Positions 9,050 through 17,760 of a DNA stretch of 64,000 nucleotides are shown here, piece by piece (position 1 is the first letter of the stretch; each line of letters opens with the position of its first letter). Made by a program: the position numbers and the translations under genes. The DNA is from an uncultured Candidatus Cloacimonadota bacterium. GTDB lineage: Bacteria > Cloacimonadota > Cloacimonadia > Cloacimonadales > TCS61. The stretch spans positions 307 to 64,306 of the forward strand of contig CAZRXY010000101.1 of the NCBI GenBank assembly GCA_964604155.1, written 5' to 3'. Below the pieces are notes generated by a model. The model made no database searches, was not told the origin of the DNA, and worked only from the letters and a program-made list of their open reading frames with translations.

Positions 9050-10384
9050 ATGGCTCAAAAAGTTATGATTTTCGGTGCCGGGCTGGTATCAAAGCCTATG
9101 GTGGACTACCTGGCATCACAGGGTGTGGAAATTACCATAGGCAATCGTCACCTGGCTAAGGCAGAAAAGCTGGCAAAGCTGCACCCAAACGCAAAGGCGG
9201 TGGAAGTAGATGCCTCCGATGAGGAATTAATGAGTAAGCTGGTGGCAGATCATGATCTCAGCGTTAGCTTGCTGCCTGCTCAAAATCACCCCATTGTCGC
9301 AAAACACTGCATAAAACACAAAAAAAATATGGTAACTACTTCCTATGTAAGCCCTGAGATGGCGGAGCTTCATGCACAGGCAAAAGAGGCTGATATCTTG
9401 ATTCTGAACGAAATTGGAGTTGATCCCGGCATAGACCATATGAGTGCCATGAAGATTTTTGATGAAGTTAAAGATAAGGGTGGAAAAATCGTAAGCTTTA
9501 TGAGCTATTGCGGAGGACTGCCTGCTCTTCAACATAACAATAATCCCATGGGTTATAAATTTTCCTGGGCTCCAAAAGGAGTACTTATAGCTGCAGGTAA
9601 TAATGCCCAATATCTGCGTGACGGCGAAGTAGTCAAAATTCCGGGTTCCCAGTTATTCGGTCATTACTGGTTGGTGGACGTCCCGGGCGTAGGCACCTAC
9701 GAAGCTTATCCAAACCGTGATTCCCTGAGCTATATAGATACTTATGGTCTTGGTGGTATCAGCACTATCTACCGTGGCACTTTTCGCAATGTGAGCCATT
9801 GTGAAACCTGGTTTGCCCTTTCCCAACTGGGTTTTTTCGATAAAAATGGTGAAATCTATAACACAGAAAATATGAGCGTCTCCGAATTTATTAAAACTAA
9901 AATGATGGGACTAAAAGAAACCGCCTGCCTGAGATGCGAAATAGCCAAAAAGCTAAATCTTAATGATGCCAGTGTGGTTCTGAAAAAATTTGGCTGGCTG
10001 GGGTTCTTTGATGATAACTATCAGGTGCCCTGCGATAAAGGTGCAGCTATAGACGTGCTCACAGCCATTATGCTGGAGAAAATGAGTTATGAACCGGGTG
10101 AACTTGATCTGCTTCTAATGCACCACGAATTTATTGCAGAATATCCTGAAGGAAAGCAGCGTATCACTTCTACTATGATTGATCATGGTATCCCTGGTGG
10201 TGACACTTCCATGGCTCGTACGGTTTCTTTGCCTGCTGCTATCGCAGTTAAAATGATCCTCGATGGCAAAATCAATCTTAAAGGCGTGCAGAGGCCAATA
10301 GACCGAAAGGTTTATCTGCCGGTTCTGGCTGAACTGGAAAAGATGAATATCAAACTCGTAGAAAGGTTTTTTAGTTTTTTTTAA
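9050..10384 (+). CDS. Saccharopine dehydrogenase (saccharopine reductase-like, NAD(P)-binding)
   Basis: SD ggagg 6 nt upstream of the ATG. Rossmann N-terminus KVMIFGAGLVSKPMVDYL. The central NEIGVDPGIDHM motif and the 444-aa length are typical of the saccharopine dehydrogenase family. Confidence 0.8.
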   Translation: MAQKVMIFGAGLVSKPMVDYLASQGVEITIGNRHLAKAEKLAKLHPNAKAVEVDASDEELMSKLVADHDLSVSLLPAQNHPIVAKHCIKHKKNMVTTSYVSPEMAELHAQAKEADILILNEIGVDPGIDHMSAMKIFDEVKDKGGKIVSFMSYCGGLPALQHNNNPMGYKFSWAPKGVLIAAGNNAQYLRDGEVVKIPGSQLFGHYWLVDVPGVGTYEAYPNRDSLSYIDTYGLGGISTIYRGTFRNVSHCETWFALSQLGFFDKNGEIYNTENMSVSEFIKTKMMGLKETACLRCEIAKKLNLNDASVVLKKFGWLGFFDDNYQVPCDKGAAIDVLTAIMLEKMSYEPGELDLLLMHHEFIAEYPEGKQRITSTMIDHGIPGGDTSMARTVSLPAAIAVKMILDGKINLKGVQRPIDRKVYLPVLAELEKMNIKLVERFFSFF

Positions 10385-10400
10385 ATTGAGTTATATGGCA

Positions 10401-10425
10401 AAGAGCCTCTTCTGAGGCTTTTTGC
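10401..10425 (+). terminator. Rho-independent terminator after saccharopine dehydrogenase
   Basis: aaagAGCCTCttctGAGGCTttttgcctttt. 6-bp stem with a 4-nt loop, followed by a T-run. Confidence 0.6.
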
Positions 10426-10470
10426 CTTTTCAAATAAGAAATCAGTTGGATATCTTTACAGGGAGTAACG

Positions 10471-11124
10471 ATGCTAATACTAAGGACAATAATTCATTTA
10501 GCCTGCGTGATCATAGCAGGAAGAAGATACAGACTCGAGTATAACAGCAGCCTGGGTTTTATAGCCGGCTTTCTGGCTGGGCCTATTGGTATTTTTATCG
10601 TCTATGTTACTCCAAATTTCCTTGCTAATATTAGTTTTTCACATGAAATGGACAGTTATAGAAATTCTCCTATATCTGATCCCACTATACTTAAATACAC
10701 AAATACTTATGGTGAGAATAAAAAAAATGTGAAGTTACATTATCGCCCCACCGCCTCCGGCTTTATTGCCAGCCGCCAATACATGCCCGTCACAGATGGA
10801 TGTTTTGCTACTTTTCTTATGGGCTCTATATTATATGGCTTTCAGTTGTTTTTCCCAATAGTTTTCGCTTCTGTGGTCGAGCCTGTTTCCAGTGGCTTAA
10901 TGCTGGAAAGAAGCCTGGCATTTCTGGTTTTCTTTATCCCGTTTTTAATGTGTATATTTAATTATCGAACTATGAAAATCTGTCCCCGTTGCGGGCATAA
11001 TCACCAGGTAACAGGCAGCTTTGAAACCTTTATGGGTACGGTGATAGATTTTGATCCAAATGAAACCGGCTGCCGGGAATGCGATTATCTGCCATCGAGA
11101 GATAGAGATATTAGCATTACCTGA
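10471..11124 (+). CDS. Hypothetical multi-pass membrane protein with C-terminal 4-Cys zinc-ribbon
   Basis: Several hydrophobic helices (GFIAGFLAGPIGIFIVYV, FLMGSILYGFQLFFPIVFA, LAFLVFFIPFLMCIF). C-terminal CPRCGH..(33 aa)..CRECDY. No family recognised. Confidence 0.45.
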   Translation: MLILRTIIHLACVIIAGRRYRLEYNSSLGFIAGFLAGPIGIFIVYVTPNFLANISFSHEMDSYRNSPISDPTILKYTNTYGENKKNVKLHYRPTASGFIASRQYMPVTDGCFATFLMGSILYGFQLFFPIVFASVVEPVSSGLMLERSLAFLVFFIPFLMCIFNYRTMKICPRCGHNHQVTGSFETFMGTVIDFDPNETGCRECDYLPSRDRDISIT

Positions 11125-11530
11125 GCCGCATTTCCCTGCTTCATCTATTTACGTGTCCTGAAGGTTTTTTACTCATCTCCTTTTCCGGCACTCTTTAGCT
11201 ATATTTCTTTGTAAAATCACCCGCTCGAGGTTTATCTCTTCAGAATCCATTTTTTTAACTAATGCTTAGTTACTCAATTAGTACTGGCAGAGATACTGGG
11301 TAATGCACGTTGTTTCCTAATCCACGAATTTCACCCCCTGCAGAATGATCTATGAACCAGGCAAAAAAAATGCGGAAGTATGCCAGATGCACGAAATAAT
11401 TGACAATAAATTGCGGGTGTAGAAAAAAAAGTGCGAAGGTGGGAGATTTAGATAATGAAGATAAGAATAAAATATTCCGGATGTAGAATTTTAACTCGTA
11501 ATTACTTGGTGATGCCGGTGGATATACGTT

Positions 11531-12964
11531 ATGCTGTTTAATTCAATTTCCTATCTGGTATTTTTCCCTTTAGTAGTATTTTTATACTATTCAATAGGGG
11601 CGAACAGGCGTTGGATACTTTTATTAACAGCGAGTTATATCTTTTACATGTGCTGGCGAGTGGAATATGTTTTATTGATCATGATATCCACTCTGGTGGA
11701 TTATATCGTGGCGCTAAGGATGGAAAAAACAGACGCATCAGAAAAACGTAAATGTTATCTTGCATTAAGTATATTCACGAATCTGGGATTACTTTTCATT
11801 TTTAAGTATTATAATTTTTTTGGCAGCAGCCTAAATGCTATACTGGGTATCACAGGGGCAGCAGGTTTGATGCCGGAATATAAGGTGTTATTACCGATAG
11901 GCATTTCTTTTTACACTTTTCAGACACTAAGTTACACAATTGATGTATATAAGGGCAGACAAAAGGCAGAGCGGCATCTGGGGATATTTGCAGTATATGT
12001 GTCATTTTTTCCTCAGCTAGTAGCCGGTCCAATAGAGCGATCAGGTAATTTGATTCCTCAGATTCATAAATTTCATGAATTCAGATATCGTAATGTGAGT
12101 GATGGGCTTAAGCTAATGATGTGGGGGTTTTTCAAGAAGCTGGTAATAGCGGATCGAGCGGCTCTTATGGTAAATACAATCTATAATAATCCTGCTGAAT
12201 ATGAGGGATTTCCTTTATTGCTTGCCACTTATCTATTTGCCTTTCAAATTTACTGTGATTTTTCTGCTTATAGTGACATAGCTCGAGGTTCAGCAAGAGT
12301 GATGGGAATAAATTTGATGGAAAATTTTTCTCAGCCATATTTATCGCACAATATCCGGGAGTTCTGGCAACGCTGGCATATTTCACTTTCAAGCTGGTTT
12401 AGAGATTATCTCTATATACCATTGGGGGGGAACAGAGTAAAATCCTGCCGATATTATCTGAATATAGGTGTAGTATTTTTTCTGAGTGGATTGTGGCATG
12501 GAGCAAATTTCACTTTTTTAGTCTGGGGATTGCTGCATGGAGTTTATTATATGATCACCCAGTTCATCGGAAAATTGCAGATACGGAAGATTGATGAACT
12601 CAAGAAAAACAGACTGGTGAGGATTATAGAGATTTTATTTACCTTCCACCTGGTTTGTTTTGGCTGGATATTCTTTAGATCAAGAAATTTGGGAGAGGCT
12701 TTTTATATAGTAACCCATTTATTTAAGAATCTAAAGATTTTGTGGCACGACGGCTGGGGTCTCTCCAGCCTGAATATGCTTTTATTGATCATTTCGCTGA
12801 TAATTATGGTCCTTATTCAGGACATATTGGGTAAAGAAAAAGTTAGAGAATATTTAGCAAATCGCACCTTAATGTTCAGGAATGCTGTCTATGCAGGATT
12901 TATATTTTTTATCTTAAGTATGGGGATATTAACAGATTATGAATTTATCTACTTCCAGTTCTAA
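11531..12964 (+). CDS. MBOAT-family membrane O-acyltransferase (AlgI/DltB/PatA-like)
   Basis: Polytopic protein of 477 aa. Conserved MBOAT histidine region FWQRWHISLSSWFRDYLYIPLGGNR and later LWHGANFTFLVWGLLHG. Confidence 0.85.
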   Translation: MLFNSISYLVFFPLVVFLYYSIGANRRWILLLTASYIFYMCWRVEYVLLIMISTLVDYIVALRMEKTDASEKRKCYLALSIFTNLGLLFIFKYYNFFGSSLNAILGITGAAGLMPEYKVLLPIGISFYTFQTLSYTIDVYKGRQKAERHLGIFAVYVSFFPQLVAGPIERSGNLIPQIHKFHEFRYRNVSDGLKLMMWGFFKKLVIADRAALMVNTIYNNPAEYEGFPLLLATYLFAFQIYCDFSAYSDIARGSARVMGINLMENFSQPYLSHNIREFWQRWHISLSSWFRDYLYIPLGGNRVKSCRYYLNIGVVFFLSGLWHGANFTFLVWGLLHGVYYMITQFIGKLQIRKIDELKKNRLVRIIEILFTFHLVCFGWIFFRSRNLGEAFYIVTHLFKNLKILWHDGWGLSSLNMLLLIISLIIMVLIQDILGKEKVREYLANRTLMFRNAVYAGFIFFILSMGILTDYEFIYFQF

Positions 12965-13952
12965 GGAGGCAAGACTTTTTGAAAGGAATCTAGGAAAATT
13001 CCTTTTATTTTTCCTGCTGACAGCAATTCTTTTAAGTTCTCTAAACTGGTTTACAATCATAAAAACCTTAAAAAACAGTAGTCATTTTGTGCTTCCGGTT
13101 GCAACAGATACCGTTATTTTGGGCGATTCATATACGATGACTGGATTAGACCCAGGTTTCAGAGCCAATACTTTGAATGGAGCTATGAGGGCAGAGCTGA
13201 TTCCATTCACTTATCATAAAATGAAATTTATTTGTGAGCATAATCCACAGGTGAAAAATTTGGTGATCTCATTGAGTTACCACAGTCTGACGATGAATAA
13301 GGAAAAGACCCTGAAGTCACCGGAAACAGTGAGATATTACTGTGATACATACTTTGCTTTATATGATACACAATTAAAGCGTATTGCTTTTACAATGGAT
13401 TCTTCCTATTATGTTTCCTGGCTCAAATACAGTCTGGGATTTCCAATTGAACTCAGCAAGAATATTGGCATCTATCTGCGGATTATATCAGGATTTAATC
13501 ACTATAAAAACTATTCGTTTTGGGGGGGATATCAGACTTTGGCGGCACCAGAGAGCGGTTCTTCTGTAAAAGAGAGGATTTTTGAGCATTACTACAAATT
13601 TGGAGAAGAGATTGAGATGTCAAATATTATGATTGACTATTTTGAAGTAATAATAAAATATTGCAACGCAAAGGGTATAAGGCTTTTTGTGATAACTCCA
13701 CCGGTGCAGCCCGCCTATGAAGAGCAGGTGCCGGAAGGATATAAACAGGGATTGCGTGAGATAGTGGGAGTGATGAAAAAGAAATACAGTAATTTATTTT
13801 ATTTTGATTATGGTAAGCTGATATTTGATGAGAGTGAATGGCGAGACGCTGATCACTTGAATTCGCGTGGCTCGGAGAGGTTCAGTCAACTATTTTTCAT
13901 AGAGATGAATAAAATTATAGAAGGAGAGTCATATGACCATAGAATTCCGTAA
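12939..13952 (+). CDS. SGNH/DltD-like partner of the MBOAT acyltransferase (membrane anchored)
   Basis: Overlaps the MBOAT stop by 26 nt. N-terminal TM FLLFFLLTAILLSSL. SGNH block-I-like VILGDSYTMTGL and block-V-like DADHLNSRGSERFS. The pairing matches AlgI/AlgJ, DltB/DltD and PatA/PatB. Confidence 0.55.
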   Translation: MNLSTSSSKEARLFERNLGKFLLFFLLTAILLSSLNWFTIIKTLKNSSHFVLPVATDTVILGDSYTMTGLDPGFRANTLNGAMRAELIPFTYHKMKFICEHNPQVKNLVISLSYHSLTMNKEKTLKSPETVRYYCDTYFALYDTQLKRIAFTMDSSYYVSWLKYSLGFPIELSKNIGIYLRIISGFNHYKNYSFWGGYQTLAAPESGSSVKERIFEHYYKFGEEIEMSNIMIDYFEVIIKYCNAKGIRLFVITPPVQPAYEEQVPEGYKQGLREIVGVMKKKYSNLFYFDYGKLIFDESEWRDADHLNSRGSERFSQLFFIEMNKIIEGESYDHRIP

Positions 13953-14276
13953 AGAAGGCAGAATTGGGGTTATCAAGATAATCGGCAGGCTTGATGCCTC
14001 AAATGCGCGTGAATTGAAGGATAATTTTGTGAAATATCTTGAAGAGACTATATATTTCATCATGGATTTCTCGGAATTAGAATTCATAGACAGTACTGGT
14101 CTGGGTGCCGTAATCAGTGCATTCAAGCATGCTTCCGAAGTTGATGGAGATGTATATATAGCAAATCTTCAGCCTAAATAAGAATGGTGTTTGATATCAC
14201 TCGCGCATATCGGATTTTTGATGTGTATGAGGACGTTGATACAGCTTTGGAGGCGATGCAGGATAACAAGAAATAG
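13933..14276 (+). pseudogene. STAS-domain anti-sigma-factor antagonist (SpoIIAA/RsbV-like) interrupted by a 1-nt frameshift
   Basis: Frame 1 gives 82 aa with IDSTGLGAVISAF and ends ..ANLQPK-TAA at 14179-14181. Frame 3 continues from 14178 as IRMVFDITRAYRIFDVYEDVDTALEAMQDNKK-TAG (stop 14274-14276), the expected STAS C-terminus. One extra A in cctAAAtaag would restore a ~113-aa protein. Confidence 0.7.
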
Positions 14277-14290
14277 AGTATTACAGCTTA

Positions 14291-15751
14291 ATGAAATGCT
14301 TAATATACGCCTCACCCGGTCAGACAAGCTGGGTAACGGATTTTTTTCTTGGGATCAATCCTTTTTTTATAAAGATCCTCAATAAGCCTTTACTGGAATA
14401 CTACATAGATTTTTGTGTGCTTCTGGGAGTCACTCAGGTGAGAGTGATCAATAACGTAAGCGGTTCTGATCTGGAAAAATATTTTGGAGATGGGACTCAA
14501 TGGGGCATCAATCTCAGTTATGGCTTTGCCAAGCCGGATGACCGCTTAGAGGATGTGCTATTAAAAAACCGCAGATTTTGCCAGGGCAACTTATTCATTG
14601 TCTCTGGGTATCAATTCATAAGATATAACAAAAATTATCAATATAACTCCTGTTTTCAAGGTGGAGATGGGCTATGCCTGCGGGAAGGTGAAAACAGTCT
14701 ATATTTCTTATCGGAAGTTGATGATATCCGAATGGTGGATTTGGTGGGAATTGAGGAGAAGGAGTGTTCTAAGCTGGGGATTCTGGCGATTGATTCTATT
14801 AGCTCTTATTATGCACTAAATATGAGCATAATAGAAAAATACCGCAATAATTATGTGCTCCCGGGTTATAATAATGAGGATGGAGCTTATCTGGGAAAAA
14901 ACATTATTGACAAAAAAAGCACAGAGTACATAAAGCCAATTGTCTTGGGGGACAGTGTTCAGATTCAAATGAATACAGTAATAGGACCTAATGTGATACT
15001 GGGGGATAATGTGATAATAGATCACTCTACTCAGTTGAGGAATTGCATAGTGTATGATAATTCCTACATAGGCAGTGATCTGGAGATAGAAAAAAAAATA
15101 GTTTTTAAAAAGAGATTAATAGAGCCGGTGAGTGGGGAAATGATGCAGATAGTTGATAGTTTTCTGGTTTCCGATATTCGCAGTAATATGATAGAAAACT
15201 CACTTATGAAAGTGATCAATGGTGTAATTACGGTTATATTAATAGCACTAACTACTTTGCCATATATGATTTTTTTTTCACTTTGCAAGATATTTGGGAT
15301 GCGAACCGATCGCGAGAATTATTTTGTAGATCAGGAGGGAAAGAGCAAGGAATTTCCTACATTTCATCTATCGGGTTACAATATTTTCAAGAAAATTTTT
15401 TTCCGTTTTTCACTAGATTTTTATCCTTTTTATTTCAGAGTTCTAAATAGTGATTTGCTTTTGACAGGTAATCATCTTCTAAAAAGGGAAGCTGGAGGCG
15501 TCAAGCAATTGCACCAATTACCGGTTTATTACCCGGGAGTTTACAATTATCCAGGTAGTATGCTTCATAATCAGAATCACGAGAATTATATCAATGACGA
15601 GCTGGAATATATCCACCTGCGAGGCTTCCTTTTTGATCTTAAATTGATCATTAATACCTGGATTAGCAGGTTATTCAGTGATTGGAATTCCATAGCAGAG
15701 TTTCTGGGTGAGCAGATAAAATCAAATGATAAAGCAGGTGAAGATGGATGA
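14291..15751 (+). CDS. Fusion protein: degenerate nucleotidyltransferase-like + left-handed beta-helix (hexapeptide) + degenerate bacterial sugar-transferase (phosphoglycosyltransferase)-like domain
   Basis: The N-terminus MKCLIYASPGQ..FFIKILNKPLLEYYI follows NTP-transferase topology but lacks GGxGTRL. Hexapeptide repeats: VIGPNVILGDNVIIDHSTQLRNCIVYDNSYIGSDLEI. The C-terminal part aligns by eye to Bac_transf: TM VITVILIALTTLPYMIFFSL, FRFSLDFYPFYFRVLNSDLLLTGNHLL versus SLDELPQLxNVLxGDMSLVGPRP, and ELEYIHLRGFLFDLKLIINTW versus DxxYIxNWSLxLDLKIL. Confidence 0.55.
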   Translation: MKCLIYASPGQTSWVTDFFLGINPFFIKILNKPLLEYYIDFCVLLGVTQVRVINNVSGSDLEKYFGDGTQWGINLSYGFAKPDDRLEDVLLKNRRFCQGNLFIVSGYQFIRYNKNYQYNSCFQGGDGLCLREGENSLYFLSEVDDIRMVDLVGIEEKECSKLGILAIDSISSYYALNMSIIEKYRNNYVLPGYNNEDGAYLGKNIIDKKSTEYIKPIVLGDSVQIQMNTVIGPNVILGDNVIIDHSTQLRNCIVYDNSYIGSDLEIEKKIVFKKRLIEPVSGEMMQIVDSFLVSDIRSNMIENSLMKVINGVITVILIALTTLPYMIFFSLCKIFGMRTDRENYFVDQEGKSKEFPTFHLSGYNIFKKIFFRFSLDFYPFYFRVLNSDLLLTGNHLLKREAGGVKQLHQLPVYYPGVYNYPGSMLHNQNHENYINDELEYIHLRGFLFDLKLIINTWISRLFSDWNSIAEFLGEQIKSNDKAGEDG

Positions 15752-17756
15752 AAGCTTTATTCCTATAGAAGATAGCACAGCGAATTCTTTATTCAAGTTT
15801 GATAAGCGAATTCTTCTTATCACGCTAAAGCGTAAGATAATATTCATCATGGTGGTTTCATTTATGACCTTTATGCTGTTTGGCGTTTATGCAAAAATTA
15901 ATAAGCAGGAAAAGTGGATTGCCACTGCCATGCTTGTGAAATATGATAAGCAGATGACATCTAACCGCGATATACCGTATTTGTATCAGGATATGACTTC
16001 AAATACATTGATGGAATCCTTTTACCGCAGAATTAACCTCATTGAGATGGTGGATTCTCTGGGTTTGCAAGTTGGGGTAGAAAAACTTCATGGCTCTTTA
16101 TGGATTAAGCGGGGTAATAGAGCAAACACCTATCAGGTTAGTGCTCAGCATTTTAATCGCGAACTGGCTGTGGATATGGCAAACACCTATGCCAGGATAT
16201 TTATAAAAAACTACAATCAGATAATAAATGAGCCGGCAAAAAAAACCTTTGAGTACTACAGGCAGCAGGTTAAACAGTCTGACCAGGAATTGCAGGAAGT
16301 ATTAAAAGATATCAGACAATTTCAGAGAGATTATAATATTACTTCCATAGAAACCGAGGTAAATCGGAAGAATCTGCTATTAAGCGATATAGAATTGAAT
16401 ATTATGGAAGCTCAGGTGGAAATGAGTAATCTGGAAGCAAGAATTGCCGATATTGATGAAATACTGCCTCTGTATCCTGATAGAAATGTGCCCACCGGAT
16501 TCACTGTGGATATGCCTATTGACACAAGAATTCATTTAAAAGAAAAAGAGATTGATCAACAATTAAAGATATACACGCCTGAGAATCCCAGAATAAAGAA
16601 ACTATATAACGAGCTCAGCCAGCTTAAAGAAGAAAAAAAAGAGTGGGATAAAGGTAATATAGTGCCATCCACGGTACATTACGGTAATGATCCGGTTCTT
16701 CTGAATCTTAAAACACAGCGAAGTAATTATGCCAATTCTCTTTCAGGTATGCGTCAAAATATTCTCAGATACCAGGAGCAGGTGGAAGAAATTCGCAATT
16801 CCATCAGATACCTCAGTTCCTTAAGTGATGAATTTCAGATCCTTAAAAATCGTGAGGACAGCATCAGGCGGCGGCGTGAAAGCTCTGAAGACAGAATGGT
16901 GGAAGCCAAGGTAGCCTTCGATTCTAATGTGAGCGATTTTGAGATCATAGATGAAGCATTCCCACCAAGATTCCCTGAAGCCACGCGGACAAAAATGATC
17001 GCTCTCGTAGGTGGGCTTATGGCATTCATAGGTCTTACTATTTATTATCTGTTACGCGAATTTTTAGATGACACTATTAAATCTGACTTTGATTTTGATA
17101 AAACTTTTAACATTAAATTGCTGGGAGAAATACCAAATAAAGATTCCTTTGCCCTGGAAATTTACTGGTCACAAGTGCAGATTGTTTTTGGACAGATAAA
17201 TGCTATTCTGCGAGGCAAACGGCAATCCTTTATAGCAGTTGGTAATGACCGCTCCGGAACCGGGAAAAGCTTTTTCATCAGGGAGGTACACGATCTGTAT
17301 ATGTCCCGTAATAGAAAAGTGCTCTGGATTGAAACAATTGACGATTCGGATAAAGAAATTGAGCCATATATCATCAATGAAACATTGTATAACGATACAG
17401 AATTTGATCCGCAGAAGAACATCTATGAGCTTTCCAAAGACCAGTTTAAATGCTATTTTCTGCGTGATGAGGATTCATTTGTTCAAGTTCTGGAAAAATC
17501 CAGCTTAGTGGAGTTTTTAGGCAAACTAAAGGATTTTGATGTTATTATCTGGGAACTGTTTGAAGTGCCTTACAATATGCAATTATTCACCACGATTGCT
17601 TCTGTTTCCGATATTCTTATTATGGTCGCCCGTTTTAGATATTCAAACAGAGAAAATTTCTCAACAATTATAGAATTTTTAAAAGATAACCTGGACATTG
17701 AAGTAACAGGAGTATTAAATGATATTCAAAAGCCATATTTTCAATCAAGCTTCTAA
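15726..17756 (+). CDS. Polysaccharide co-polymerase (Wzz/GumC-type) with C-terminal P-loop domain (Wzc-like, deviant motifs)
   Basis: Two TM segments (IIFIMVVSFMTFMLFGVY and MIALVGGLMAFIGLTIYYL) flank a long coiled-coil periplasmic region. C-terminal Walker-A-like DRSGTGKSFF. The start could be the internal ATG (MDESF) at 15744. Confidence 0.65.
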   Translation: MIKQVKMDESFIPIEDSTANSLFKFDKRILLITLKRKIIFIMVVSFMTFMLFGVYAKINKQEKWIATAMLVKYDKQMTSNRDIPYLYQDMTSNTLMESFYRRINLIEMVDSLGLQVGVEKLHGSLWIKRGNRANTYQVSAQHFNRELAVDMANTYARIFIKNYNQIINEPAKKTFEYYRQQVKQSDQELQEVLKDIRQFQRDYNITSIETEVNRKNLLLSDIELNIMEAQVEMSNLEARIADIDEILPLYPDRNVPTGFTVDMPIDTRIHLKEKEIDQQLKIYTPENPRIKKLYNELSQLKEEKKEWDKGNIVPSTVHYGNDPVLLNLKTQRSNYANSLSGMRQNILRYQEQVEEIRNSIRYLSSLSDEFQILKNREDSIRRRRESSEDRMVEAKVAFDSNVSDFEIIDEAFPPRFPEATRTKMIALVGGLMAFIGLTIYYLLREFLDDTIKSDFDFDKTFNIKLLGEIPNKDSFALEIYWSQVQIVFGQINAILRGKRQSFIAVGNDRSGTGKSFFIREVHDLYMSRNRKVLWIETIDDSDKEIEPYIINETLYNDTEFDPQKNIYELSKDQFKCYFLRDEDSFVQVLEKSSLVEFLGKLKDFDVIIWELFEVPYNMQLFTTIASVSDILIMVARFRYSNRENFSTIIEFLKDNLDIEVTGVLNDIQKPYFQSSF

Positions 17757-17760
17757 TTCA

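Noticed and set aside
14161-14190. Programmed -1 ribosomal frameshift as the explanation for the split STAS gene.
   Set aside because: The site (cag cct aaa taa) is not an X-XXY-YYZ slippery heptamer. tRNA-Lys would have to re-pair on UAA, and no downstream stimulatory structure is obvious. A single-A indel, real or from sequencing, is simpler.
14191-14385. 64-aa ORF from the six-frame track between the STAS gene and the fusion gene.
   Set aside because: It is out of frame with the recognisable STAS C-terminus, which occupies 14178-14276 in another frame. It also overlaps the start of the next gene and has no protein-like features.
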